DNA of 64,000 nt. Source: Tubulanus polymorphus (Eukaryota > Animalia > Nemertea). Where the stretch lies: contig NC_134026.1 of assembly GCF_964204645.1 (NCBI RefSeq), positions 6,471,950 through 6,535,949 on the forward strand. The letters run 5' to 3'. Under the pieces are notes generated by a model that had not been told where the DNA came from, ran no database searches, and saw only the letters and a program-made list of their open reading frames with translations. Below, piece by piece: positions 48,701-62,202 of this stretch (the first letter of the stretch is position 1; the number at the start of each line of letters is the position of its first letter). Made by a program: the position numbers and the translations under genes.

Positions 48701-51700
48701 CTCATTTCCACGATTTTAAATCATTGTATTTTCACCAGATATTTCGCGTCAATTTGAACGTAATCAATTCGCATGAAAATACCTTGAACTGAAAATTAAA
48801 AAGACCTCGTGATTGGCGCCTGGTGAGTGGTGCGTTGTGCGTGGTAGCACGCAACAATTTACATGCGCGAGGAACATTTGCGTTGTCTCCTTTGAAATCT
48901 GCACGGCTTATATTTGACAGTTCTCTGCGGTTTGACGCGCGCTGCATGCAACCCAGGCATCTATATTAAACCTCCCGATTAAAAAAATCTTGCGGCTTCG
49001 AGGGACAGTGAATATTATATGCTGACATAAGGTGAATTTAGTTGATTTAGTAAACAGCATTTTCAGACGATGCTACAAACAAAAAATACATCTACGCGGC
49101 ATCTTGAGAAAAAATAAACAACACACGAAAAATAATCGATAATTTTTTGCCCCGAAGATTTATGATCCTTTTGATTTTCGAAATGATTTTAGATGCGATT
49201 TCTTTCTATAGTTTCTTTTCATCCTACGCAGACACACTCTAAATATATACATATACACGCGTTTAATACATACGCCTTGAAGGGAGTTATATCTTAGCGA
49301 TATTGATCACTTTTTAAAACAAAACAGCCGACGCCTTCAGTATATTGTAAATCGTTCGTCTTGTCGTTCACAGTCTTACACCGCGCTGTGTGTGAGTGTG
49401 CGTATAGATTTTTGAAAACAGGAAACTTTTCAATGAGAATTTCGTACTCGTGGGAAATAACCAGGGAATGTCACTTTTGACTTTTCATCTTATATATGAC
49501 GCCGTCTGCAAATATTAGTTTTCAGCTATGCGTGACGTCATAGTTCGTCAAGTGTAAGGGGCCATATCTGAAGTGAAATTTCATTGAATGCCATGGCGGC
49601 CAATATATGTCATATCCGTGCTTAAACACTAAAATAATCGGGGCGACGTATTGACGATGCATCAGACGGTTAACTGAAGTTGAACGTCGCGGTTGGCGGT
49701 CAATGTGACGTGTATGTGGTCAACACGTGTGACGTCAGCGAAAATAGTGTATATTCAGGACCTCGTGACGTCATACGGTGTACTGTTTCTTTTTTAGATG
49801 ACAAAATAGACTAGAATAAATCATATGGTGCTTTATGTCACACTGTCGAGGTCTCAGGTTCCAGCCACCCGACTGAATCCTTCATGGTATAAAACATATC
49901 AAGTCCCTTGTAATATCTAGTTCTGATACGTAACTGGTTTTACATCTGGGGAGCCTTTCATTCGAGAATCAAAGATCACTAACTGTCCGATGAGGCTTTT
50001 TATCGGAACCGAAATGAGAACTTAAGAATCTGCAGTAAATTTCTACTACGACGTGTGTCAGACGATATTGTATCGTCGATGAAAGTGGTTTTATGGTGTC
50101 ACATTCTCGACTGTAACATGAAGTAGTGTTGATGTGGTGTGAGGGATCGCTATAACCCGGTTATCCATAGTGGATCGAGACGTCGTAATAACGCAATCTT
50201 GTCGTATGAATGAAGCTGATTCAAATCGCGCGTATACGATCCAAAAAACGTCATCTACTGCGCATTATTGCAACGAGTCCCTCCTTAAGTGAGCGCACCG
50301 AAAAGTAAATGGCGATTCATCGCATTGGAAACGTATTTAGGTCCGTTAACCATCGATGAGACACTCTACGTCCGTGTTGTGAAGATGATATAAAATCCCG
50401 CACTAGTTTGCAATGTTTTCTTGATTTCACGATTCAGAACATTAATCAAACATGATATCAACACTCCTAAAATACCCATTTTACGAAGTGTGAATGTGAT
50501 AATCGGTTAATACTCGGTGTAAATTTCTCTTCGTGTTTAAGTCCCGCAGTTTCCTGTGCGATAGTAATTAATTTTTCCGCGAAGAATATGAATGAAGTCC
50601 TATGAACGTTTGGGCACCCCATTGTTAATTGCAGGACCCATGTCGATATTAATTCTAGCTCAGGGGTTCATTGAATTGAGTTAGCCCCCGAGTTTAAGTT
50701 GATACCTGTTGGACCCTGTAGATAATAATTTCGAAACTCACCAGAAAACTCACCAGATTCATGAATGTTCATTAATTCATGAATGTTCATTAAGATCGAA
50801 TTTGAGTTTTCTCAGAAATCGTATATTTTCAACTTTATCACTAGGCCATGATTGCTGTATTTTTCATTTTCACAAATTGTCAATTTTAAGAACATCTATA
50901 CCAAAGGTATTCTGTATCGTCAGTCCAGTTCATTCACAATCGCACCAGTATACACTCATCAGTACTCACTGGTATCTGCCCCGATGCATTTCATATTTAG
51001 AGACTCGAAATAATATAATGATCAGAAATTCTATTGGAAAATAGAATTAGCGTGTCCCTAGGGGGCATATCCAGCGTGGAATATGCGGCTAGTGATACGC
51101 AAGGCGATGGTTGACTGTACTCGAGTTTGAGCTCCTGGAACTGCAATGAGCAGAGTTTGAATAATGAAAACTAGTAAATACAGTTGATAAATTTATTTCC
51201 GTGTCTCGAAACTCGTGCGACGAGTTTGGTCACTAAAATGTTGCCAATTCAGAAAACATGTGTTGCTTCACCAGTCGAAAAGCAGTCTTAGATATCGTAA
51301 GACTCGTCCTAAGATGCTAGATTATACGTTCTTAGACTGGCTTTAAATCTAAGCCTAGCTGTGCAACTGGCTCCAAGCTCTCTAATAAGCTGTCAGTTAT
51401 AAGATTAAGATTCATATAATTCTATATTTTTGAAGTCATTTTGTAATCGAGAGATCTAAGAAAGCATTGATCATTCGGGAGACGTGGTTTCAGGAATGGA
51501 TTTTTTCCAGACCGCCAGGTGGTGGCATTGGCCAAGACGACGTGTCCTTTCCACTGTTAACACGTGTCGACGTGTTAACAAAACTCACGGGGTTCTGGAG
51601 CAAAAATCACGAGGTATTTGCTCCATGTTTGCCTCGGTAGAAGAGAAGATGCTCGTGCGCTCTGATCAAGCGAGCTAGATCAGAAATTCAATTAAAATTC

Positions 51701-52698
51701 TGTCTCGCAATGAAGCGAAGATGTAATTAAGTTGATTTTGAAAGAATTTGCACGCTTTGAAAACAGCGTTCAGAGCGCAAATATCAGCGAATATTCTTAA
51801 TTGATACTTCGCATTTCTGGCGAGAATCGTGACGTTGATGGAAGATCGACTTTTATCGCAGTGTTTAATTCGATTAGAATTTCCCTCTGTTCAGAAAAAG
51901 CGATTGGCGCTTGCTAGAAGGTATATATAGATTTATATATAGATGATAATTTCATCAGAATATGCAGTGTGAGGTGAAAGGGGTGAAAATGCCTAGAACG
52001 CAGCGAGCAGACCAGATAACTAGTCCTATACACATGAGACACGCAGATATAATGAGCAATGACCAACGCTTGCTAGACACGCGAACATAGCGGCGACAAG
52101 TGCGTAAAAATATCTTCAAAGGCGTAATATGATCTGTGCCTGTTTATAATGCGGTATAGAAACTCGGCTTCGGCAAATGTGAAAAAAATGTTTCCTTACG
52201 ACGTGACGTGAATTTGTGCGCGATATGATCGCGTAATGAGGTGTCAGCTAGAGTCGGTGACATGTAATGCCTGCTCGGTGAATTGGCGACCCTTTTATAC
52301 CCCGAGTGTGTCAGGGGGTAATCGAGTTTAGAGAGTTCAAACTTCATCGAAAAACTGATTCGCTGCTGGAATTAGTTTTAAGGAAATCGCAGGTGAAAGC
52401 AAAGGTCGGAGCCCATTTTATAAATACACTATAACAATTGATAATAATTGTCATTTATGTAGCGCAGGTATCCAAACTAGAGTCTGTCCAAATGCGCTCC
52501 AAACTCGGTATAACCCCCAGCCTATGACTCTATTCATGTATCAGTCATCTCTCACTGTGGAGAAGTTACATCCGAGCAACTACTCAGGCGCTCAGGGGTC
52601 ATCTATCGAGTCAGATATCAGGTCAGGTCGGATATATATGTTGCTTGAGTTTTTTTTAGTTCGGCTCGGCTCTCGCCGTGTGGCCACGATCAACCAGC

Positions 52699-52762
<64 letters not shown>

Positions 52763-52999
52763 TCCCTCTCCCTCTCCCTCTCCCTCTCCCTCTCCCTCTC
52801 CCTCTCCCTCTCCCTCTCCCTCTCCCTCTCCCTCTCCCTCTCCCTCTCCCTCTCCCTCTCCCTCTCCCTCTCCCTCTCTCCCTCTCTCCCTCTCTCCCTC
52901 TCTCCCTCTCTCCCTCTCTCCCTCTCTCCCTCTCTCCCTCTCTCCCTCTCTCCCTCCCTCCCTCCCTCCCTCCCTCCCTCCCTCCCTCCCTCCCTCCCT

Positions 53000-53041
<42 letters not shown>

Positions 53042-56000
53042 TTCTCTTTTAACCATTTATGGCAGCGCAGAAATAAGCCTTACTCATTTCCTGAACTTTT
53101 ACAATTTCTCAATAACCCAAACAGTTTACGGCGCATTTATGGGTGAATGGAATTTGTGCATTTTTTTAACATAAAACACGAAAACAAGCAAAATATCATC
53201 ATATAAAGACTGACGCTTTATGGAGTGAACTAATAAATGGTAAAAGGTTTTTCTTGTTAGGTCGTCGAGACCACACGAGTCGAGGATATAAACTACGGAC
53301 ACGTTCAGGATGTTTTAATGAAAGCGCGGACCTTCACGTAACCAATAACCGATTGCAAATGGTACCAACAAAACGAGCTGATAATAATCTTAACAAGCAA
53401 CGACGCTCTATCCCTTAGCCACCGTTCAGCTGTGTGCTGCAATCGGAACGGCTCGATCGAAAAAATAATCCCAGAAAAATAAGTGAATTTTCCATTTTTG
53501 TCACGAGGGTATACCTGACGAATTCCATCCTTTTTTTCCATCACTTTGACTTTGAAATATCAGATCTAATTGGATTCCGGTACAACATATTCATGAACTA
53601 AGTCAACAGAAATTCAACTGGCTGCGACAGACAAAAAGTAGCCGCACTTTAGACAAAAAGAGTTGGGTCATCCAGGACAATTCAATGGTTGAATTCCAAC
53701 TTCATTCATTTCTTTCTACCATCTATCAAAAATATGTCCGTGTCCTTTTTGGAAAACTTCACCGTATTGTTACACCACTCATGGTTGTCAATTTGTGACC
53801 TTGACTTTGTCGACGAAAGCGCAGTCCAAGTAAAAACCACCTACGTGTCGCGACGAAGTGACGTCACATGTGCGTGTACTTGAGAACGTCCTAAAATATG
53901 GATGAGAAACGGCGCGATATTTTAGATCGTCCTGAGAAAAAACGCTTTTGCTTTTGCTTCGAAAGCACTTGTGATTTCTTTCAGGAACTCGCTCGTTATA
54001 GATCTTAGCTTTAAGTCTCTTCCTACCGTAGAATTTATTATATTATACAACTTCGTGAGATAATGCATTTTTGATTAAGATTGAATTGTGGTGACGGCAG
54101 ACATTGTGAAAAGTCGAGGCAAAGCGCAGTACCAACTCGATCGAGTGACGGTAGAAAAACAGAAGGATTTATAAACTACAGATTACCTTCCCACTTAGAG
54201 ACTTACTCAAATTAACCCGCCCCCTTAAGTAAGAATCCTACAAAAATAGAGAAGTTTTTACCCAATTTTAGTGGGAAATTTTCAAAAAACGTTTTCGAAA
54301 ATGGCCCAAATTGGGTCGAAACATCCAATGCTCATTTAGTTTTTCTTTATCATTGTGGGTTTTTTACTTACACACACTTGTCTATGGAAACAACTCCCCT
54401 CGTTTCATTCCCCTTGATTTAGTTATTTCTTCACACATGACGATGGTCTCTAGAGACAGTCCGAAATGCCTCCTAATTTCTGTCATTGATCTTTCAGATT
54501 TGTACATACAGTCGGTTTTAATCTTTTCCATGTCTGAGTGTTTACGGGCGTTCCTACTACAGCGACGAGAGACGGCGACAGAACAGAGCAATTCATTTTC
54601 TGAGTCGTAACAGGTGATTTTTAAAATCACTCCCTATCAGCAGAATCGGAGTGCTCTCTCTCTTTCTCCATCTCTCCAGTAGTTCCTTAATCGACGTTAC
54701 ATGAGCTGAATTTTAAGTGGATTTTAACAGCTCAATTAGACGGAATTGCACAAATCTTTCATCTAGCTCCGACTTTCGATATCGCGCTGCGTTATTCGAT
54801 GCAGAATGTAAGTGGGTGGAAAATATGGAGTCCCATATTTTTCAAAAATAAAACTAGCGGTTTCAAAAAAGCCTTGCGATGCGTATAGTGATCAATCGCC
54901 AACATCTATGTGAGAAATAAATGTGGCTACATTTGAAATAGGGCTAGTTGAATAGACTACATGGTCCAATATGGCGTAAGGTTAAAATCATTTACATTAA
55001 GAAAATTAAATCGCGTACGATTATAAAAATTGAATTTCTTGTAACACGTCCAGATTAGAAATGCCGTGACTAGGCATTTGAGAGATCCAAAGAAACATTT
55101 TTTTACGGCTTGCCACCATATTGCGATTTATTGTTAGCACCAATTGATAAAGTCGAAAAGTCAAAACGGATTTTTCATGCTATCGGAATGCTGCAATAGA
55201 GTACGCACAGCAATGCGATCGAGTACATAGTGTTTTGATAGCTGTATATAGATTTAGTTGTCTGGATGGATATCGGCATTTCTCGATTGATATCTCTTAC
55301 ACCCAAAATACACATTATCAATACGTATATTACGTAATATGGCGTGATAAAACAAGAAGGCGTTTTACACATGAAACCTATAACACGAAACACTTACAGA
55401 CTTCACGGGTAACAAGTTCTTTGAAGATCTTAGATCCACGTCTCTTTAAAGCATGAATAGCATATTCCAGTAAAGACACAAATTTCGTAATATCTGACAT
55501 ATTGAAAATATGCTAGTTACGTAGTAGATGTATGTGTTACCCTAACGTTGCTAACTATACCGGTCCCTCCCCTAGAATCAAACTAGACCGACAAGTGAGT
55601 CATGTGTATAAAAAAAGGAAGGGACAGGATTGGTTCAGATTCTGGTCAAACTCTGCTTTGAAACATCACTTCATAGGCTAAACGATTAGATCTACGAGGC
55701 ATGAGATGCCTATCCATCTAAAACATAGAGAGTATATTCTAAAGAAAAAAAAAGAAATCAATTCTTTTTCTTTCGTCAAAATTCAAAAATTCCAAATTTG
55801 AATCCAAGTTAGACATTTTCGATTATCCAACGTCCTCCCAGTGAATCATGCATAAAATCAATCGTATGATGAAGTAAAATTTGTTCTTCCGAGGAGCCTT
55901 AGATTTGACTCAGTTAACTCATTGAAAATTAACTAATTGAACTCGGAGCTGAATCTTACTCAAAACTATGGAACTGTATCCTGTTTTTTTTTCTCTATAA

Positions 56001-56142
56001 GACACAAACTAGCTGCGATACTTACCGTGAAAGCCTTGTACCAATCCTTGATTTGTTTGCGGCTGAAGTTCGTTTTCGTCGCCAGAAAATCCAAATCCTC
56101 GTCGGGAATTTTCGCCTGTTTTTTACCGATCTTATTCCCCAT
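42517..56142 (-). CDS. Neuronal calcium sensor (NCS-2/neurocalcin-like EF-hand protein), 4 coding exons, 215 aa
   Basis: Exons 56142-56026, 46638-46483, 45339-45223 and 42774-42517, all phase 0 GT-AG, total 648 nt. N-terminal MG; WYKAF-RDCPEG (inactive EF1 with Cys-Pro); canonical loops [24 protein letters not shown] and [12 protein letters not shown]; [12 protein letters not shown]. Confidence 0.93.
45223..45339 (-). CDS. NCS exon 3 (EF3)
   Basis: [39 protein letters not shown] between ttacAG and GTAAAG. Confidence 0.92.
46483..46638 (-). CDS. NCS exon 2 (EF1-EF2)
   Basis: [52 protein letters not shown] between taacAG and GTAGGA. Confidence 0.92.
47263..47480. repeat. About 56-bp tandem repeat followed by an inverted copy; related copies at about 6960-7050
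   Basis: Repeated TTCTATGAGCCAT-TTCAAAACTAAAAGAGTAGTGACGTTTAGAC, then the inverted GTGAAAATGGTTCATAGAATTAAGTCGAAA...CTCTTAGTT. Confidence 0.65.
48481..48671. repeat. 20-bp minisatellite, about 9.5 copies
   Basis: (GTGGAACTGGGYCCTGCACT)n in NCS intron 1. Confidence 0.95.
52699..53047. repeat. Compound polypyrimidine microsatellite
   Basis: (CT)n, (CTCTCC)n, (CCCTCTCT)n, (CCCT)n and (CT)n blocks, about 350 bp. Confidence 0.97.
56026..56142 (-). CDS. NCS exon 1
   Basis: ACAATGG start context; [39 protein letters not shown] followed by GTAAGT. Confidence 0.9.
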
Positions 56143-59100
56143 TGTGGTTAACAGTCTCTACCGGCGGCGGGGAGAGATCCGAGATCTGATGATCTCCGGT
56201 CGCCTTAATAATGTTTATGTTATATCTTTTTTCCCTCTAAATCTCCAGTCCGAACTAATCCATACGCTGACACGGGAACAGATGAGTCTGCATAGACATC
56301 ATGTAGCTCGTATTAATTCAAAATGCCGTTGCTTCGAGCGCCTTTATTGACTGCACTACGCGATTGCCGACATCCCTCTCCTCCCTCTCTCTCTCCCTCT
56401 CTCTATCCCTCTCTCTCTGTCTCTTCTCGCTACGAGCACTGCAAGAAGATAATAACTGGATAAATAGTCTTCTATCCTTTTATGTACACAGGGGTGGCGC
56501 ACTATCTCTTAACAGTTTTTATCCGAGGGCATCGGTATCCTTATGGTCGTTCGGTATGCTGGGCAAATGATGATGTATATGCAATATGCACCCGAGAGTA
56601 GCTAGAGAGCCAACGACTACTGCTGCCGCGTCTAAAATCCTTCACCTGTTAGTACCTCCTCACGGCAATTGATTTAGTTCGTTTAAAATCAAACGCATGT
56701 CACTCAACGCTCCACTCCTGCGAACCGATTTCCTGAATAATTAAACTACACCGATTTTTTCTCGTCGATTTGTGCAATTCAACCGTTGATAACGCTACGA
56801 CTCGCCTACCGCCCACGTCATAGACTCTCAAAAGGATCAAACAGTATTTTTACCGGATCTGACATTTTGACATCTTTGCCGCAACGATTTCTTATCATAT
56901 CAACACGTTCGCGTTATCTTTGATGACAAAAATATGAAATTGCCATCATTTCACTGTCTCTCAACTCGAAAAACATTACATTCAATCCATTTATCTTAAC
57001 TCGAGATTGAAATTTATTCCACATTTTCGTTTTAAAAAGCATTGGGAATGAACTATCTAATTCTACTTGTGGAACTGGATGTCGTGTACTTTCTGGGGTT
57101 CCGTTTATGAACAGCAGTGCTAACACGACTTTGCATTTTTTAATAAATAAACAGGCTAGACAGAAAATCGGGATTCGAACCAATAAACTTTGCCTCGCTA
57201 GACTCGGATAGGAACGATGATAGTATTGACCCTGTGAAGGTCCGCCTGGACCGAAATGACATCAAAATCATTACCGGACTGAAATGCACATAGAACTAAC
57301 ATTCATTCCGTTTACGAGCGATTAGACGCTGTGTTTATTGGAAACTAATCATTTTATGTAACTCTCCTGCAAGTTGAACTGGTGTCTGGAATCGATTCCG
57401 CCTGGAAACGTATTCGATTTCCCATTAATGACGTCACATATTTACATTGTCACAGACCCTGTTTTTAATCCAATACGAAGATCGTTGAATGAACAAGAAT
57501 TGTGACCATCATTGGAGCACGACTGGATGATTTGAATAAAACTGACGAAGGCATAGAAGTTGGTCCAGAAATCCACTCTCAAAATAGAAACTATCAATCT
57601 TCCACAGATTTGACTCTTGGGACACCAATGGGGCACCCGAAACACCAGCTAATCCACCAGATGGCGCGAAGAACAGTAGGCCTTCTGTTGTCAAAAATAG
57701 TTCATTTTCAATGAATTATGAACTATATTTTTAGACTCCCCGAATCCATATATAATCCGACACCCGCCAGATATACAATATATTCATTCTTCAACTCGGA
57801 TATTGGTAGCAAAGTTTTCATAAATGATTGATTAATTCAAGAGAAAAGTTCATTCAAGTCTAATTGAAATGTAGAAGAGATCGAACGCGGAACACCGACT
57901 CTCTTCTAGCAACTCCTCGCGGATCCTCGCGTGCCATACGTGGAATCCTCGATTGCCACAGTAGTGCTGCGGTTACCCCAATGAAAATTAACTTACATTA
58001 CTATCAAAGAGTGCAATTTAAACAATACCTTTTTAAGACTGTAGAACCGTTTCAGAAGAGAATCTATCTAAGTGCTTGGCGATGAATTAAGCTTGAAACT
58101 ACGTAGCTAAAATAACAATTTGTGAATTTGAAGCATGAAGTCATTGATGTGGAAAAGCTCTCCGGGGTAATGCTATTGTATGAAACGCATTATAAAGATT
58201 TCAATTCGATTGAAAATGCTCCGGGTTATCAAGGATTATTACTCCCTCGGGACTCATTTTTACGCGGGTTCAAGGGCACCCATTACTCAGATATCAGAGA
58301 GGGAGAAAAAAACCGACGAAATGCACCACTAACTGCGGCATTACTTGCGATCAGTATCAAGAGACAGCGAATTGTTTTGATGCAAGGAATCGCACATTAT
58401 AGATATTTGTGAGGAGAGAGAGGGGAGATAGAGCACCTGTGCGGACGCGCAGCGCCATTAGGCGTACCGGGGATGAAATTAAGTGATTCTTACTGCGGTA
58501 AGTCGACGTTAATGTATTTTATACGAGAGACATCCCTATCATCGCGATCTCTCATCTTCAAACTGAATCAACTGCATATAGACGGACATGGCGTATCTGT
58601 TCATACCGATCACGTGGTCAGTCGGACAATCTGTAAGCTGAACAGTGACACTCGGGAGAATGAATTGACCGCGTTAATCAAAGTAAACGATTTGCTGATT
58701 TGTCGGTAGATTATTATCACGATCCAGTACCAGACAGTTTATTCCGATTGATTGTGATTTTTCAGTTCCCCGGGAGTTTAAAAGTTGTCATTTACTAGCA
58801 ATCTAATGCTGTATTACGAAACCAGGAGCTGCTGAATTGAATTTGATCCTTGGACTGGTTTTAACCCGGGGCTAGTTCGATTGAAATTGAATCGAGTTAG
58901 CCCACGAGTTAACACCAGTCAGTAGCACTGATACCTGGCCCTGCGTTATTTTTTTTGAGATGGACTAAGAGTATATTTGGTTTAGCTGTATGACAGCTTT
59001 TAATGAAAATGATATATTACAATATTCACTTATACATTCAAAACTGTTTTAAAGATTATCAGATATGTGAGACTATAGTATCACATTACAATTTCTGTAA

Positions 59101-61905
59101 TGAGCAGAGTTGATTCTCAATAATTGACTTAACTCATTTACCGGATGAAGCTAATTAACACTAGAAGTGAAAGCTCGTAATTTCTAATGAAATCAGGTAA
59201 GCTACGAAGAGTTACCTGTTTTCTTGTACAATCGATACCAGGTTAGCACGCCTCGTCTACAACTTTTCCTGTAATGTGGGAATTTCTCATAAATTTTACT
59301 AAGAAGCTCGCCTGGTCGATCCGATCGCAGTTCCGAGCGCGTCCGGTTATACAACAAAAATATCTGATGGAGCTGATACGAATGTGAACCTTTACACAAA
59401 AGATGAGGTGTTTGGGAAACAGATTAACAGGGTGGGGAATCGACTGTGTAAATGATTCATCTTCAGATGATATTCGAGCTAGTGCGAACGAAATCGTTAT
59501 CTCCATTGTATTTACAGTAGTTTTCAAACTTCTCCCTCTCGGAAGCTTATCGACAAGTCTAAGTATTTCTACAGCCAGATATGCGTGATGTCTACACGGC
59601 TCGCTATCATAATATACCCAACAACACTAGAGCTAATCTCCATCTAGAGTGCGAAACATTACTTTACAGATAGTAAAAACCGACGGATCACTCCCGGGGT
59701 TTGACTCGATACCTGCGCGTCTCCATTAGCGGTATATTAGCTCTTCGCTTATTTGCACGTAATGGTCATTACTCGTGTTCAATTTACAAATCTCGACGGT
59801 ATATCTTCCTCGCGCCTCGCGATGACGGAACGCCATCCACGCCTTTGGACGCTGCACACGACGCGGGCTGAGTTACTGAGTTAACGATGACCAAACCGTT
59901 CAAATAGCGCCTCGAAAAAAACCGCTGACCGCCAGAAAGAGACAGGACATCGTATCCATGATACCTTACCGTTGTAAAAATTTCCATTATATTACTCGTG
60001 CAGTAGATTGTGTTTACCCCGGAGTCGAGTGCCTCGAAATATCACATCTAGTAGATTTTCAGAGTGCGAGATTTCTTTTCATTTAGTGTTGATAACCTCT
60101 ACGACCGGGCCCGTGTTTTACAGACTTTTAAAGTACAAACAATACCTGAAATATTTATATGTTTTAGTAAACTATTTAGTCAATTTACAGTTGGCTTTTT
60201 GCGTTTTATTTACAACAAAGCTAACACCGAAATTCGCCTCAAGCTTCATTTCATCTGCCGACTTGAAAATCTTAAGGTCGTAGCCCCTGCGCAATATATT
60301 TTAATCGTTTCTATACTGCTCGGTTTTGAATCAATAACACCCTAAACACGATCAACGACATCCGTTTTAGTTGCGCACAGTCGCGTGCTGTTTGCGACGT
60401 TATGAATGTAGAATCAGTATATGACAATATGACGTGTTCCGATTCGATCTGTAATTACCTACAAACCCCCGTGATTAATACGATAATAAGCGGTATATTT
60501 GTGTAGAATTGAACTAAGGGTCAATTTTGTAAACTTAGAGATCTCGTTCGATTATGAATCCAATGAAATTGAGTTAGTCTAATAAAAAGGCAGGTTAAGG
60601 TCAGTTTTCACTAGGAATCGTCTTGTTGACATTTGAATAGTCGGCAAAGTCTGCGCCCTCGGATATGGGAGTGCTCCATCATAAAAGTTACCACAGGGAA
60701 GCGAGTTTTTATTCAATTCAATAATTGTGTGGAAGTACAACAAGAATTCGTAAAATAAGGTTCATTTCTACATGGTATATTTCTAAAAGGAAATATACCG
60801 ATTCGAGGGTCCAGCTCAGGGTAGATTATCTTGTCTAGAATAAACATACGATGTTCACATGGAGGAGGGTTCGATCGAGTTTGAGTACCGGAAAATGATG
60901 TTTAAAATTCCGACTGTATCGTATAATGAACTGACGTGTACTCGTGAAATTGATGAAAACGTGTTAGAAAATTAAGTTTCAACTGCAATTCAGTTTCGTT
61001 TGTGTGAGAATTAATCGTCAGATGCAATTAACAATTCTTACATTATCGCGTTTTTAATCGTAACCGACATTGAACCAATATTCTGCAGTTTATTTTAGAT
61101 TCAGTCGGTGACGCAGGAGAATTCCTCGTCACTGACCGCATCATCATCATCACTGGGGATGAAAGCATCTCATACTGATCAAATAAACGTCTCATTTTCA
61201 TAATAAACTGAATAATGTATAATTGTCTTAATGGACGGATTCTTTTTATTGCCGCATAGGACGTGAGCTGTGCAAAAATATACACGCAATTTGATAATCG
61301 AGAATAAGATAAACGTTCGTGTCGAAAATATGGCCTAAATCTAAAAAATGTTTATGATCACTAATATAGATGGAAAACGCTTTTTACGAAACCTTTTAAC
61401 ACAAAAAAAATGCAATAAACCTAACCTAAACTCAGACATGGCTAACTCAAACTTTTGACTAACTTGGACAAAAACAAAATCATTTCCCCACTGCTTAGCG
61501 TTTTTTTTTTCGATCCTACTCAGGCTGCTTAATTTGGCCAATTTTGTCCGCAGAGTTAGGCGAGGTTCACTGCAGTATTCGTTTCTATATCACGAATATA
61601 CGTATGACTTACATTTCAATTCTAGTTTTATTGTCTTCCGCGCAATAACTCATATTTATTGGTTCATTGATAATTTATGAATCAGCCAGGTGTTTCGTAT
61701 CTATCTTCAGACACTGGTAAATCATAGAGATTTATAGCTAATTAGCCTACAATAATGGCGCTCAAAAACGCGATTTACTGATTTGAATTCAGAATTTCAG
61801 ATTTTTTATTCATGTTGGTGATTTATCAGATTCATAAAACAAGTTTTAACTGTTCCACTTAGATCTATTAGAAAAGATTCACATATCCCAGAACAACAAC
61901 AAGTA

Positions 61906-62202
61906 GGACCCAGTTGCACAGCCATGGCTTAGCTTAAACGACCAATATAAGTTCTATGTGTTTCTATTTTGGTTCTATAGCGTTAAATCTAACAACGAAA
62001 CCATCCTCATTTTGGTTCTATGATTGCAAATCTAAAAACTTAAGACTATTCCATGATCATGTTGGTTCTAAAGCAAACCTAAAACCTTCAAGACCAGTCA
62101 AAGCTCATTTTGGTTCTAGCAAATCTTACTAAGGCCTAATGTCAATGTCAGACTTAAGATTTAAGACGCTGTACTTAAGGCAAGACTGGTGCAACTGGAG
62201 CT
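61906..62202. mobile_element. MITE with CCAGTTGCAC/GTGCAACTGG TIRs (Harbinger-like) and internal TTTTGGTTCTA subrepeats
   Basis: GGACCCAGTTGCACA at the left end and GTGCAACTGGAGC at the right; four TTGGTTCTA(T/G/A)...CAAATCTAA-like modules inside. Confidence 0.6.

Noticed and set aside
48337-48757. Repetitive ORFs ([13 protein letters not shown]...)
   Set aside because: Translation of the 20-bp minisatellite in all frames.
52524-53174. 216-aa SP/LS-rich ORF and GE/RE antisense ORF
   Set aside because: Artefact of the polypyrimidine microsatellite.
54311-54630. Overlapping 82-99-aa ORFs in NCS intron 1
   Set aside because: No motif recognised; possibly a decayed repeat, but unsupported.
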